Of a stretch of DNA of 48,261 bases, positions 37,982-47,296 are shown piece by piece. The first letter of the stretch is position 1, and each line of letters begins with the position of its first letter. The translations under genes were made by a program, and so were the position numbers. Origin of the DNA: a virus (Duplodnaviria > Heunggongvirae > Uroviricota > Caudoviricetes). The notes under the pieces are model-generated. The model did no database searches and was not told where the DNA came from. It worked only from the letters and a program-made list of their open reading frames with translations. Where the stretch lies: IMG/VR virus record IMGVR_UViG_3300033068_001142, positions 1 to 48,261 of that record. One strand, given 5' to 3'.

Positions 37982-38212
37982 TTATTTGTCTACTACAGTT
38001 AGACCGATAAATGATAGTACTATAGTAAGTACTCCTCCAAAAAACAGCTTTAACCAAAGTGAGAAAGCTGACCAACATGCTACGGAAAATAAAGTCCCAA
38101 CAGCTCCCCATAAATACAGTCCATAACCAACACTAGTTACTGTTGATAGTACCATAGTTACAGCTGATACATAAATTAGTACCATAAATAATAATGCTAG
38201 GATTCGTTTCAT
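37982..38212 (-). CDS. Small membrane protein
   Basis: 76 aa, almost fully hydrophobic; ATGA overlap. Confidence 0.65.
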   Translation of the reverse strand: MKRILALLFMVLIYVSAVTMVLSTVTSVGYGLYLWGAVGTLFSVACWSAFSLWLKLFFGGVLTIVLSFIGLTVVDK

Positions 38213-38664
38213 TTGATAACTCTTTCGTTAAGAATTTGTTGTAGTTCGTGTTCTGGTCCTACAAAATTAGCAGGTTTTGTTAGTTTTCCATGCTCATCTT
38301 TAGGCATTGACAGTTTTTGTAAGTTGGCTTTAGTAACTACTGAGATTGCTCTTTGGATTTGTTCTACGTTTAAACCTAATTTTGCTATAGAGCCGACTGC
38401 AAAGACAATTGCATCAATTGCTTTGTCGAGTCTGTCTACGTCAGTTATTTCAAAATCAACTTCGGAATCTCTTTGCATCCAAGACACAATTGCTCTAGAA
38501 GTGTTTTTAGGTCCATCAAATGATAAAGTCAAATTCCTTGCTGGTGGTTTAAAACCTTCAAGTGCTTCCTCGATTTGGAAAGACGACTCAAGAAAATCGT
38601 CATAACCCTTCTCTAACAAACCTGCTTGCTTGTTGAAGTCGTAAATTTCAGTTACAAAGTTCAT
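38209..38664 (-). CDS. MazG-like / PRA-PH-type NTP pyrophosphohydrolase
   Basis: DFN....IEEALE..D.LDKAIDAIVFAVG..V.KANLQK..GKL.KP. Confidence 0.75.
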   Translation of the reverse strand: MNFVTEIYDFNKQAGLLEKGYDDFLESSFQIEEALEGFKPPARNLTLSFDGPKNTSRAIVSWMQRDSEVDFEITDVDRLDKAIDAIVFAVGSIAKLGLNVEQIQRAISVVTKANLQKLSMPKDEHGKLTKPANFVGPEHELQQILNERVIK

Positions 38665-38667
38665 CTG

Positions 38668-39018
38668 TTACCTCATTGGTATAAATAGTTTTGCTATGGT
38701 TCCAACTAGTGACCATAGTTCATTTTTTGCATTGTTTAAAGCTACTGTTTTACCAATTGATGCAACGTCATTTGTAACGTCAAGTACTTGAGCTTTACCA
38801 AGTACTTCGTGCCCTGTTGGCAAAGTTATTACACAAACTCTCATGTTGTCAGTCAGGTGGTAGTGTGTTACCTCTGAGGTATCTAACAAGTTGTATATGA
38901 AGTTTGGACTAATCTTGTTGTTGTTAGTTTTTAATTCATTTTCAATAGAGGCAATTAAGGTATATGCTGGTGACGACGGTTGTTGTGGCATAAAGTCATA
39001 AATGGTTGTTTGTTTCAT
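38668..39018 (-). CDS. N4 gp49 / Sf6 gp66 family protein
   Basis: VCVITLPTGHEVLGKA....IGKTVALNNA.NELWSLVG. Confidence 0.75.
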   Translation of the reverse strand: MKQTTIYDFMPQQPSSPAYTLIASIENELKTNNNKISPNFIYNLLDTSEVTHYHLTDNMRVCVITLPTGHEVLGKAQVLDVTNDVASIGKTVALNNAKNELWSLVGTIAKLFIPMR

Positions 39019-39046
39019 TCTTGTCCTTTTATTGTTACGGGTTTAT

Positions 39047-39116
39047 GTATGTGCTTCTACTACACACCGTAAGGTGTAGTGACCGGTGGGGAAAGGTCCG
39101 GATATCCCACACATAC
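39047..39116 (-). ncRNA. Candidate structured RNA (closing stem, hairpin, pseudoknot)
   Basis: GTATGTG/CACATAC closing stem; ACTAC-ACC/GGT-GTAGT hairpin; interlocked GTGGG/CCCAC and GACC/GGTC; GC-rich relative to flanks. Confidence 0.4.
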
Positions 39117-39361
39117 TACGAATTGCTTAACATATCTTGAGATAAAATATCCCAAAACCTATTTTCAATAGCAGCTACCATTTTGGAATACTCTAATGGG
39201 TATAGTTTTTGGTAATCTGTTGAAGTTATTTCAATACCAATGTTACTATCATACATAATGTAACTACCGTCTTCAGTAGGATAGGTAGGACCACCATTAG
39301 CGTACTTTTTATAAATCCTAGCAAGTACCCCCTGCTGTTTTTTAGTGAACATATAACCCAT
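39116..39361 (-). CDS. Hypothetical protein
   Basis: 81-aa ORF in the operon; start uncertain. Confidence 0.6.
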   Translation of the reverse strand: MGYMFTKKQQGVLARIYKKYANGGPTYPTEDGSYIMYDSNIGIEITSTDYQKLYPLEYSKMVAAIENRFWDILSQDMLSNS

Positions 39362-39370
39362 ACGACTAGG

Positions 39371-40750
39371 CTATTTACTAAAAATTTTTTCAGCCCATTC
39401 TGTGATTGGACCTCTAAGAACTTTGTTTAGCTCACCTGCAAATAGACGAACACCGTCATGGGTCGTCTTTGTTGCTTTTAATAGCATTGCTAGTGAGTTG
39501 ATGTACTTGTTGGTGTACATGTTATCAATTTGACGATTAGAGCCAATGCAAACTGCCATACAGTCTTTGTCAAGACGAGATAAGATTAGTTGTCCAGTTG
39601 AAGCTGAACAGTTTTGGATTTCGTCCACTATTACAACTGCATTAGAAATAGTACGTCCTCGCATCTCACCTACCCACATGGTTTGGATGTTGTGTTTTGC
39701 GATTAACTCTTCGACTTTAGCTGTTATTGCTTCTTCAGTAATTTGAGTAGCTTGAGCTTTTGTTTTATTAGAGTTGGACTTTGTTAGTTCAGTACGAGCT
39801 ATGAAGTGTAGTGAGTCGTGAAGTGGGTGGTTATAGATCTTGAACTTTTCTTCAAGGCCTGGTAAGAATCCAACCTCTTCACCTTTAGCTGTTGATTCAA
39901 TTGAGTTACGAATGTAAACAATTGAGCCGAATTTCTTTTTCGCTACTAGCCTGATGGCTGTTGATAGAGCTAACAGGGTTTTACCTGACCCCGCTTTGGC
40001 GTCTATGGTAATGATGTCTGAGTAGCCAGAAATCATTGCGTTAACGAAGAACTTTTGTTCACGGTTTAATGGTTTGATTGTTTGTCTTCCTAAGTCTGCT
40101 TCGTCAATGAAGTAGAGATGAGAGTTTGCTACATAGCAAAGAATCTCTTGACCAGTCTGACTATCTTGAATTGTATAAGAAAAGTTGTCAGGTTGATGGT
40201 CAGGGTCTACTTCAATGATTGGTTTGCCGTTTAAGTTTTTAGCGTCATCTACTATTAAGTGTTTATGGAAAGAGTAGTCTAGCTCGGAAGACTTACCTAC
40301 TAACGATTCTGCTGGTAGGTCAATGCTTAATGCCCTAGTTCTACACATTATGTCTAGTGAGACTACTACAGCTGGAGAAACCTTAGTGTGGTAGTCTAGT
40401 GCTAGTTCTAGTATCTTTCTGTCATTTAGTATGTTTGTTGCTACTGTTGTAGATTCACACTTGTAATCTTTTTTTGAGATGATTGATAGAGGGATGCCTA
40501 GGGATTCGATGTTAGTAGTGATTATTGTTAAATCAGATACTGTTGTACGAGAGACTATTGTTGATTCCTCTAGTAACCTTGCAAATTGTCTTGCGTTGTA
40601 GTTGATGTCATCGAAGCCTGACTTTTTTGAGTCAAGTTCGTCAATAACAATTTCTGGAATAACTAATTTGTTACTACCATTGTCGTAGAGTTTGATTAAA
40701 TTATCAGGACTGTCTAAGATAATGTTAGTATCTAATATGTAAGTTTTCAT
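39371..40750 (-). CDS. phoH: PIN-PhoH fusion (PhoH2-like)
   Basis: N-terminal PIN (YILDTNI..IPEIVIDELD..ND..I); AKAGSGKT Walker A; GFLPG; MRGRTI; DEIQN. Confidence 0.9.
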   Translation of the reverse strand: MKTYILDTNIILDSPDNLIKLYDNGSNKLVIPEIVIDELDSKKSGFDDINYNARQFARLLEESTIVSRTTVSDLTIITTNIESLGIPLSIISKKDYKCESTTVATNILNDRKILELALDYHTKVSPAVVVSLDIMCRTRALSIDLPAESLVGKSSELDYSFHKHLIVDDAKNLNGKPIIEVDPDHQPDNFSYTIQDSQTGQEILCYVANSHLYFIDEADLGRQTIKPLNREQKFFVNAMISGYSDIITIDAKAGSGKTLLALSTAIRLVAKKKFGSIVYIRNSIESTAKGEEVGFLPGLEEKFKIYNHPLHDSLHFIARTELTKSNSNKTKAQATQITEEAITAKVEELIAKHNIQTMWVGEMRGRTISNAVVIVDEIQNCSASTGQLILSRLDKDCMAVCIGSNRQIDNMYTNKYINSLAMLLKATKTTHDGVRLFAGELNKVLRGPITEWAEKIFSK

Positions 40751-40760
40751 ATTAAGTCCT

Positions 40761-41402
40761 TTATGATTTTTTAGGTCTACCTCTTCTTTTTACTTCAGCA
40801 ACTTGTGCCGGTGTCTCAAAAGGTGTTGTTTCTTCTAACAATGCTTTACGTCTAGCCCATCTTCTGATAACCTCTTCACTGTTCATCCATAAGTCTTGTC
40901 CGTCTATAACAGAATTCATTTCTTTTTCTGTTAAGAAATTTTTATAGAAAAACCTAAAGTCCTTTTCAGTATTCAAGTCTGTAAAGGTTTGGTAAGCTTT
41001 TAGCTCATGGGCTTTACCTGAAAGACCGCTCGCACTATAGTTGTGTATCATGAATGATAAGTGATCAGATACTATTAGTTCGTCACATGAAAGTGCGATG
41101 ATAGTTCCAGCTGATGCCACTGTTCCAGTTAAGTAGGCTACTGTTTTAGCTTTTGCGTTTTTAATGGCATCTACTAACATCATTGCTGAGTGTAAGTAGC
41201 CTCCTGGAGTGTTTAGGTGAAGTGTTACAGTTGCTTCTGCTGGTGCGTGTTTAAGTCTGTAACATAGTTCGTTGTATGTGAATGCTTCATCTATTTGGTC
41301 TGAGATGTAAGCAGTAACATCACCTGAGTCTGTAGTAATTATAGGAACGGCATTATCCCAAATTGAATGTTTTGGGGCTGTGAATAAGTCTTCTAAGTTC
41401 AT
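40761..41402 (-). CDS. clpP: ClpP-like serine protease subunit
   Basis: LNTPGG, VASAG (Ser), FMIH (His), QDLWM (Asp). Confidence 0.85.
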   Translation of the reverse strand: MNLEDLFTAPKHSIWDNAVPIITTDSGDVTAYISDQIDEAFTYNELCYRLKHAPAEATVTLHLNTPGGYLHSAMMLVDAIKNAKAKTVAYLTGTVASAGTIIALSCDELIVSDHLSFMIHNYSASGLSGKAHELKAYQTFTDLNTEKDFRFFYKNFLTEKEMNSVIDGQDLWMNSEEVIRRWARRKALLEETTPFETPAQVAEVKRRGRPKKS

Positions 41403-41746
41403 TGTGTATCCTTTTTAGTTGTTGTTAAGTAGTGGAGAAAAGCTACGTTTGTTAGGGCATGTGATAGGTGGTGTAAGCCAGATTCAGGGTCATGTGATTC
41501 ACCTGATCGATAGGCTTGCAAGTGTCTGTACAGTGCGTCTAAGTAACGTTGCTCTCCGTTTTCCACTAGCTGCCAGTTATTTGGGGCATATTTACTTGCT
41601 CCAAAGCTAAGTACCTCTGCAAGCGCTTGAGTTGTCTCTACTGGAATCAGTGAGTACTGAAGTTTACCAGTGTCAAACTTCAAGCCAGTTGCAGGCGATT
41701 TTTGAGAAACGTAGTTTTCAGGGTTTCCAAGTATTATGTCAGTCAT
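41399..41746 (-). CDS. dATP/dGTP diphosphohydrolase domain protein (DUF5664)
   Basis: GLKFDTGK..YSLIP..AEVL.FGA.KY..NNW..LDA..RH..DPESGLHHLSHA. Confidence 0.85.
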   Translation of the reverse strand: MTDIILGNPENYVSQKSPATGLKFDTGKLQYSLIPVETTQALAEVLSFGASKYAPNNWQLVENGEQRYLDALYRHLQAYRSGESHDPESGLHHLSHALTNVAFLHYLTTTKKDTQ

Positions 41747-41882
41747 CTATTATTACCACTTCCTTTGATAGAGAGTCTAACCAGTTGTACTGGTCATCGT
41801 AGTACATCTGTAGAAGAGTTTTTTGATCAACTGAGTCACAAAGTGAATCAGCTAATCGGTCTATTAGTTCGTATCTAGTCAT
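41739..41882 (-). CDS. Small acidic hypothetical protein, 47 aa, not in the ORF track
   Basis: Read by hand: MTRYELIDRLADSLCDSVDQKTLLQMYYDDQYNWLDSLSKEVVIIDD; AAAGGA RBS; overlaps both neighbours. Confidence 0.55.
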   Translation of the reverse strand: MTRYELIDRLADSLCDSVDQKTLLQMYYDDQYNWLDSLSKEVVIIDD

Positions 41883-42546
41883 TTTTGGTTCCTTTCATAG
41901 CTTCAGCAACATTTTCATAGTTGTGTTCCAAATTATTATCCTTTACGTATTGTTTATAGCTCTGAGAAGCTTCTTCTGCCGTAAGAAAAGTGCCTAAATA
42001 GGTTCTTTTTCCATTTACAGCTATGTTTGCTTCCCATCCTTGTTTAGATTTGTTAAAACTTACACCTCTATGTCCTGACTTATTGTTAGATCTTAAAGGT
42101 CTAGTATTTTGAGATTGAACTGATGGAGTAGTAAACCTACAGTTATCAGGAGAGTAGTCTTTATCAACATCTATACGGTCAATAGTAAGACCTTCTTCCC
42201 ACCCATTTTGTAGTGCCCAGTTAAAGAACGTTTCTCTACTGTTTCTCCATTCTTCACATACCTTAATACCACGTCCTCCATAGTCAGAATAAAACTCTGT
42301 TTTAGGGTTTTCACATCTCTGTACCATATTATTTATTGTGTTGTTTAAAGGATGCTTCCTCATTCCATGTTTTTTAGCTCTTAGTTTTGAGGCACACGAA
42401 TTGCATCTTTCTTGATTTCTAGCTTTGACAGTTTCAGTCCTAGCTTCGAAATGTCCCTTACAATCACTACACTCGTAAACCCCTATACGTTTTTTAGTTT
42501 TATCAGAGACCTGTACCATACCCAAGTTTTTAATTAGTTTCATCAT
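41875..42546 (-). mobile_element. Free-standing HNH homing endonuclease with C-terminal AP2 domain
   Basis: M.QRC..YGGRGI.VC.EW..TIDRID..YSPDNCR; NKSGHRGVSF..W.A.I..YLG.F; own promoter; base skew differs from flanks. Confidence 0.85.
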
Positions 42547-42575
42547 ATGTTTCCTTTTTACTTATTTTATAAAGT

Positions 42576-42606
42576 AATTATAGCATACTCAAACTGAAAT
42601 ATTACT
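42576..42606 (-). promoter_or_regulatory. Extended -10 promoter for the HNH gene
   Basis: TGCTATAAT on the minus strand (TATAAT at 42582-42577). Confidence 0.65.
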
Positions 42607-43535
42607 TATTCAGTCTCAGTATGTATTAAAGCATACATAGCCTGGGCTGTTTGTTGTATTTCACGCTGTGCTGTTTTATGGAGCCTAAGAATAAAGAAGT
42701 TATCTAACTGAGTAGGTTGGAATGCTCCCCAAATAGTAGTCATCATAGCTTGTGGTAAGATACGTCTAGCTTCCTCAGGTTTGATACCTGACTCGATGGC
42801 AGCGTCGTACGCTCTTAGGCATCCTCCAATAACGTCATTAATAATAGATTCATCAAAAGGCCAGTCAAGTTCTAAAGATGACATCTTCTCACTAATGTAA
42901 AAATCAAATGGTTGTTTCTTACCACTAACGTATCTACGAGATAGTTCTTGCCAAGAACATCTATGTCTAACCATTTGGGCACGAGTTGATAAATCTACAT
43001 TGAATAGGAAGACTTTGAAGTTGTCTCTGATGATTTGAATTTCCTCATCGGAAGTGTTCAAGTAGTTCAGAGACTCTTCAGAGCCAACGTCAGCGATTAA
43101 AGCTCGAAGGTTTGTTAGAAGGTAAGAACTTGCACCTGCATGGATAAATTCTCCAAATTTAATTACATTTTGAGTATGTGGTGCTCTAGTACCTTCTGCT
43201 ATATGTTTAGCAAGCACTGACCTAGTTATCTCAACAATTTGTGGTATTGATAAAAGAACTGGTACAAACTCGTAGCTTGATGACGGAAGGCCAGCAGCCT
43301 CTGCCTGTAAACGGTTGAATAAGTTGATAGACGAAAGTGCCTTGGGATTACCATAACAAATACTAGCTACTTTAGTTACAAAGTATACTCTTGCTTCATA
43401 AGAACTATTAGCTAAGGAGAAATCCCAAGCTTCCACTGAACCGCATCCCTCTGTTAGAACGCTGTTAACTCTTCTTAGTGGTTCAGTAGGCCAAGAAGGG
43501 TCACACTCTACGTGTGTTAGTTTTTCATCTGTCAT
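42606..43535 (-). CDS. thyX: Flavin-dependent thymidylate synthase
   Basis: RHRCSWQELSRRY ThyX motif; G..PEEARRILP; R...AQREI. Confidence 0.88.
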   Translation of the reverse strand: MTDEKLTHVECDPSWPTEPLRRVNSVLTEGCGSVEAWDFSLANSSYEARVYFVTKVASICYGNPKALSSINLFNRLQAEAAGLPSSSYEFVPVLLSIPQIVEITRSVLAKHIAEGTRAPHTQNVIKFGEFIHAGASSYLLTNLRALIADVGSEESLNYLNTSDEEIQIIRDNFKVFLFNVDLSTRAQMVRHRCSWQELSRRYVSGKKQPFDFYISEKMSSLELDWPFDESIINDVIGGCLRAYDAAIESGIKPEEARRILPQAMMTTIWGAFQPTQLDNFFILRLHKTAQREIQQTAQAMYALIHTETE

Positions 43536-43548
43536 TGTTTATTCCTTG

Positions 43549-44643
43549 TTATGGTAAAGTTTCCCACATTGCACTAGTCATGTCACGTTTAACTATTCCT
43601 AGTAAGTAGTTACCTGAAGTTTTTTCTTTTTGTGCTGTTTGAATACTTGATGGTCTTGTGTACTTGTTAGCCCATTTGCAAGGATTATCAAGTTTGTCTA
43701 CTATTGGAGGTTGTCCGATTGACGTCATTACAGAGTATAAGTTTGCAGTAACATACTGTTTTAATACTTTATTATTTACTCCCAGTAATTGAACATCATT
43801 TGAGTAGCAGTAGTCGATCCAATCAAAGTCTGCTGTTATAGCATCTTTGTATAGTTGATCAATAGTTTCAGAATGTTCAACAAATATGTAAGCCCAAGAT
43901 GGGTCTTTACGTAATCTATTTATTAAGTTAATTGTCATTGCATAATGACCTGATTCGTCTTGAGCAATTTTACTGATTATGTCGGCTGTAACAGAGTAAA
44001 TACCATTTTCTTTAAATGCAAATGAAGTTAGGAATGATGACTTAAACAGTACGGCTTCAAGGATATTAAGAGCTATTAAGGATTTAACTATTGAGACCTT
44101 GTGAAGTTCTCTACTGTAGTCCGGTGTATTAAGTATCATTTTAGCGTTATGTGTTACCGTATCTTCAAAACAAGCGACTATTGACTTAGCTCTAGCTATT
44201 ATAGCTGGATTTACCATTATATCATCAAAAATAGATTTAGCATCAACTGGCAGGCCTTTAAGTATATCCGCATAAGACTGTGAGTGGATATTTTCTTCAA
44301 AGAATGCGTGCTGAAACCACCAAGAGGCTAGCTGAGGATTAGTTGTGATTGGTATAAATACTTCTGCAACTGACCTAGCGGCCAATGAGTCTAGCAATGT
44401 TTGAAACTTTAAGTTCTTCATAAATAGTATGTTTAAAGACGGGTCATTAGCGATATAATCTTTACCATCCTTAGATGGAGAAAAGTCTCCTGAAAACCAA
44501 AGTTTACCGATAGCGTCTGCTGTCATTTTTGAAATATGTGATTCAATTGATAAGTCTAGTCTTGAGATGTTTCTTCCTTCACCAAGAAATAATGGTTCTT
44601 GAGTAAAATCAATTAAATTTGGATTAAATAAGTGATTAGACAT
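43549..44643 (-). CDS. nrdB: Ribonucleotide reductase class Ia beta subunit (likely start MSNHLF at 44643)
   Basis: LLDS, EENIHSQSY (radical Tyr), LEAVLF, QDESGH iron ligands. Confidence 0.92.
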   Translation of the reverse strand: MSNHLFNPNLIDFTQEPLFLGEGRNISRLDLSIESHISKMTADAIGKLWFSGDFSPSKDGKDYIANDPSLNILFMKNLKFQTLLDSLAARSVAEVFIPITTNPQLASWWFQHAFFEENIHSQSYADILKGLPVDAKSIFDDIMVNPAIIARAKSIVACFEDTVTHNAKMILNTPDYSRELHKVSIVKSLIALNILEAVLFKSSFLTSFAFKENGIYSVTADIISKIAQDESGHYAMTINLINRLRKDPSWAYIFVEHSETIDQLYKDAITADFDWIDYCYSNDVQLLGVNNKVLKQYVTANLYSVMTSIGQPPIVDKLDNPCKWANKYTRPSSIQTAQKEKTSGNYLLGIVKRDMTSAMWETLP

Positions 44644-46849
44644 TACATCCACCTCCTGCACAAGATTCCGCTAAATCATCAACCTCATCAGGCAACTTAG
44701 TGTTTTGATAATACCGAGTCTTTACACCGTAATATTTAGCAAAGAATAAGTCTGAGATTACTTCTGAAGATAAAACTTTACCGCCATGCCATTCAGGATT
44801 GTAGAAAGTGTTTGCTGAAATTCCTTTATCGATCCATTTTTGAGTAATGGCTACGTGCTTTAAGAAATTTTTGTTAATATTGTAATCATAAGCGAAGTCA
44901 TACTTGTCTGCTAAACGGGTAGCTTCTGGTGCAAATTGCTTGTAGTTTCGTCCAGACTTGTCTTTTATAGTTAAAAGTTTTCTAATAGGTTCTAGAGAAG
45001 TAGTTTGATTTGATGGGCCAGCTGACGTTTCAGCTGGAGGAACCATCATTAATCCTACATTGTACATACCGTAAATTTTAATTTCATTGTATAATGAATT
45101 CCAATCACAATGTAGTGTAGGATCTACTAGTTCATCAACCGTTTTTTTGTAACGATTAATTGGTAATAGTTTGTAATGAAGCTCAAACCCAGGAGCTGCC
45201 CCTAACTCTTTAGCTAACTCTGTTGAAACTTTATGGCAGTTAAAAGAGAAATGCTCCATCCATTCATTATGGGCATCTAGTGCAGCCTGTTGACCGTACC
45301 TCCAACCGTTATTCGCTAACCAATAAGCATGGTTAGATATCCCTAAGCCTATGTCTCTATACGTTTTTACGTACGAGTTTGCTTGTGGTGTAGGGTGTAC
45401 TTGACGCTGCATAATATGTGATTGCGCTCTTACTAGTAAGTTTGCTATGTGAGGTATTTTACTGATAGGTACAGTACCTTGATTAGCATTAGCTAAAAGA
45501 CAAACTCCTATATCTGGTCTAGTTTTATGGGTTGGGTCTAATGGAAGAGTCCCTGTCATGTATTCTACACAAATGTTAGATTGTGTTATAGGTCTTGTAA
45601 TGTGTGAATTACTGTTCATTTCGTCTATGTTAACTATGTAATATGATGACGTTTCGGTAGACTCTACAGTTATTAGGCGTTCCCAGAAATCTTGAGCATC
45701 AACTTGAGATGTATATAGTTCGGCAGCTTCACACTCTTCATAGTGTTTAGTAAAAGCTGCTACATCAGATGAATGAAAAAGTTCATATAACTTTGGAGCT
45801 TTACGTACTGAGAATAGTGAAATTACCCCACCTGATTTAGCTCTATCGTAAGCTAGTTGATTTAGTTTGATGCCGTAAGATAAGTCATTGATACGATCTT
45901 CAACAGGCATACGAGGAGACTTTAGTGCAAAAATTGATTCAATTTCAGGGTCAAAGAAGTTTACATAACCAGTTGCAGAGCCACGTCTACCATTTTGAGA
46001 AGCTTTACTAATAGTGGAATCAATTGATTTTAGCATAGGGATTTTACCTGAGTGGGTAATTAGTCCGTTTTTTACTTTATCTCCGATTGAGGATATATCT
46101 GAAATGTCAACCCCAACTCCAGCAGAAGCTACAGTATGTTTTAGTAAAGCTAAGTCACCTTCCCCCCAAGACTCTATAGAGTCACCTACTCTGAAAGTAA
46201 TGCAAGAAGCATAATCTGTTGAGTTGGTTCTAAGAGCTCTCATTTCAGGTGATGGTAGAGTTATATCATAAGTCGATAAAGCATTATAAAAATCAATGAT
46301 TAGTTTAGTTTTATCTTTATGGTAATCTCTGAAAATGTCAATAGCAATTGCCATAAACATAAATTGAGGGGTTTCTTTATCACATACTCCATAACCTTTT
46401 ATCAAAGCATCTAGCCCAGAAGATGTAAAAGTAAAATCTCGAGAGTGGTCAATAGTCTGTTCTAAGGCATGGTAGTCTATGTCTTGATTAAGCAGGTTAG
46501 CGGAGTAGTGTCCGTCTTGTACACGTTTTTCTAAAAACTCTATAAGGCTTATTGGGTGTATAGAATTAAATACTTTTTTATAAAGTTTTTGTAATTTTAA
46601 GTTTCTAGCCACTTGATCATAGTTGATGTTTCGTAGGTCAGCTAAGTCGTCACAAGTTTTTATGAATATGTCAGTTATGTACGAAGTTTTAATACCATCG
46701 AAAAAATGTAGTTTTGACTGCATTATGATGTCAGATACTGATACATTTAAGATTCCTTCAGTAGCCCATTCAAGACTTGCAGTTGGTTTAGTAAGATCTA
46801 ATGCCTCTAGTAATCCGTTATGTTTAAGAACATTTACAGTACTACTCAT
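44636..46849 (-). CDS. nrdA: Ribonucleotide reductase class Ia alpha subunit
   Basis: ATP-cone-like N-terminus; ASC, SNICVE, VCLL cysteines; PPAETS; TRYY; C-terminal CAGGGC. Confidence 0.95.
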   Translation of the reverse strand: MSSTVNVLKHNGLLEALDLTKPTASLEWATEGILNVSVSDIIMQSKLHFFDGIKTSYITDIFIKTCDDLADLRNINYDQVARNLKLQKLYKKVFNSIHPISLIEFLEKRVQDGHYSANLLNQDIDYHALEQTIDHSRDFTFTSSGLDALIKGYGVCDKETPQFMFMAIAIDIFRDYHKDKTKLIIDFYNALSTYDITLPSPEMRALRTNSTDYASCITFRVGDSIESWGEGDLALLKHTVASAGVGVDISDISSIGDKVKNGLITHSGKIPMLKSIDSTISKASQNGRRGSATGYVNFFDPEIESIFALKSPRMPVEDRINDLSYGIKLNQLAYDRAKSGGVISLFSVRKAPKLYELFHSSDVAAFTKHYEECEAAELYTSQVDAQDFWERLITVESTETSSYYIVNIDEMNSNSHITRPITQSNICVEYMTGTLPLDPTHKTRPDIGVCLLANANQGTVPISKIPHIANLLVRAQSHIMQRQVHPTPQANSYVKTYRDIGLGISNHAYWLANNGWRYGQQAALDAHNEWMEHFSFNCHKVSTELAKELGAAPGFELHYKLLPINRYKKTVDELVDPTLHCDWNSLYNEIKIYGMYNVGLMMVPPAETSAGPSNQTTSLEPIRKLLTIKDKSGRNYKQFAPEATRLADKYDFAYDYNINKNFLKHVAITQKWIDKGISANTFYNPEWHGGKVLSSEVISDLFFAKYYGVKTRYYQNTKLPDEVDDLAESCAGGGCNV

Positions 46850-46903
46850 GGTAGGGCCTTAAAATTGATAAGGTTTTTACTTTCATTATATGAGTATTCT
46901 CCT

Positions 46904-47296
46904 TTATGCTGGTAAAATTGTTATGATAACTCGTGGGTTATCAATGTCTTGAGATACTACTTCCCATGATGATGAGAGGTGGTATTTACAGTTGTCGTCA
47001 GTAATTATAGCTGCTTTTTTGAAAGCATCTAGTGAGATTTTTTCTGTAAGGGCTATAATGTTAGACGGGTCGGAAATTGGGTTTTTGTAGTACAGCTGGT
47101 AGTGTACCTTGAATAGCGTTAAAGGCAATTCAAACGGTGTTACCTGGTTTAGTACTAGTTCGGTAAACTCACGTTTCCATGCTGCTTGATCGTAAGGATT
47201 AGCATTACGAAACCAGTTCATCCCTACTAGTATGGGTTTACTAGATTTAGCCTTGTGGGTTTTAGTCCAGTAAATTGGTAGGGATATGGTTAGCAT
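46904..47296 (-). CDS. rusA: RusA-like Holliday junction resolvase
   Basis: DPSNII..EK..LDA....II.DDN..NPRV. Confidence 0.7.
   Translation of the reverse strand: MLTISLPIYWTKTHKAKSSKPILVGMNWFRNANPYDQAAWKREFTELVLNQVTPFELPLTLFKVHYQLYYKNPISDPSNIIALTEKISLDAFKKAAIITDDNCKYHLSSSWEVVSQDIDNPRVIITILPA

Noticed and set aside
37929-38111. N-terminal extension of the 134-aa ORF
   Set aside because: Overlaps the 76-aa gene and the UUCG hairpin; a strong RBS supports the start at 37928
39047-39116. Assignment of the structured element to HDV/theta, hammerhead, twister or pistol ribozymes
   Set aside because: Conserved catalytic cores not found; kept only as an unclassified candidate
43549-46849. Unusual RNR class, intron or intein
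   Set aside because: Normal lengths, the radical Tyr and all carboxylate/His ligands are present: ordinary class Ia
46842-46886. 14-aa uORF MKVKTLSILRPYHE overlapping the nrdA start
   Set aside because: AAGGAG lies about 12 nt upstream (long spacing) and the region also reads as a TATAAT promoter; possible coupling peptide but unsupported
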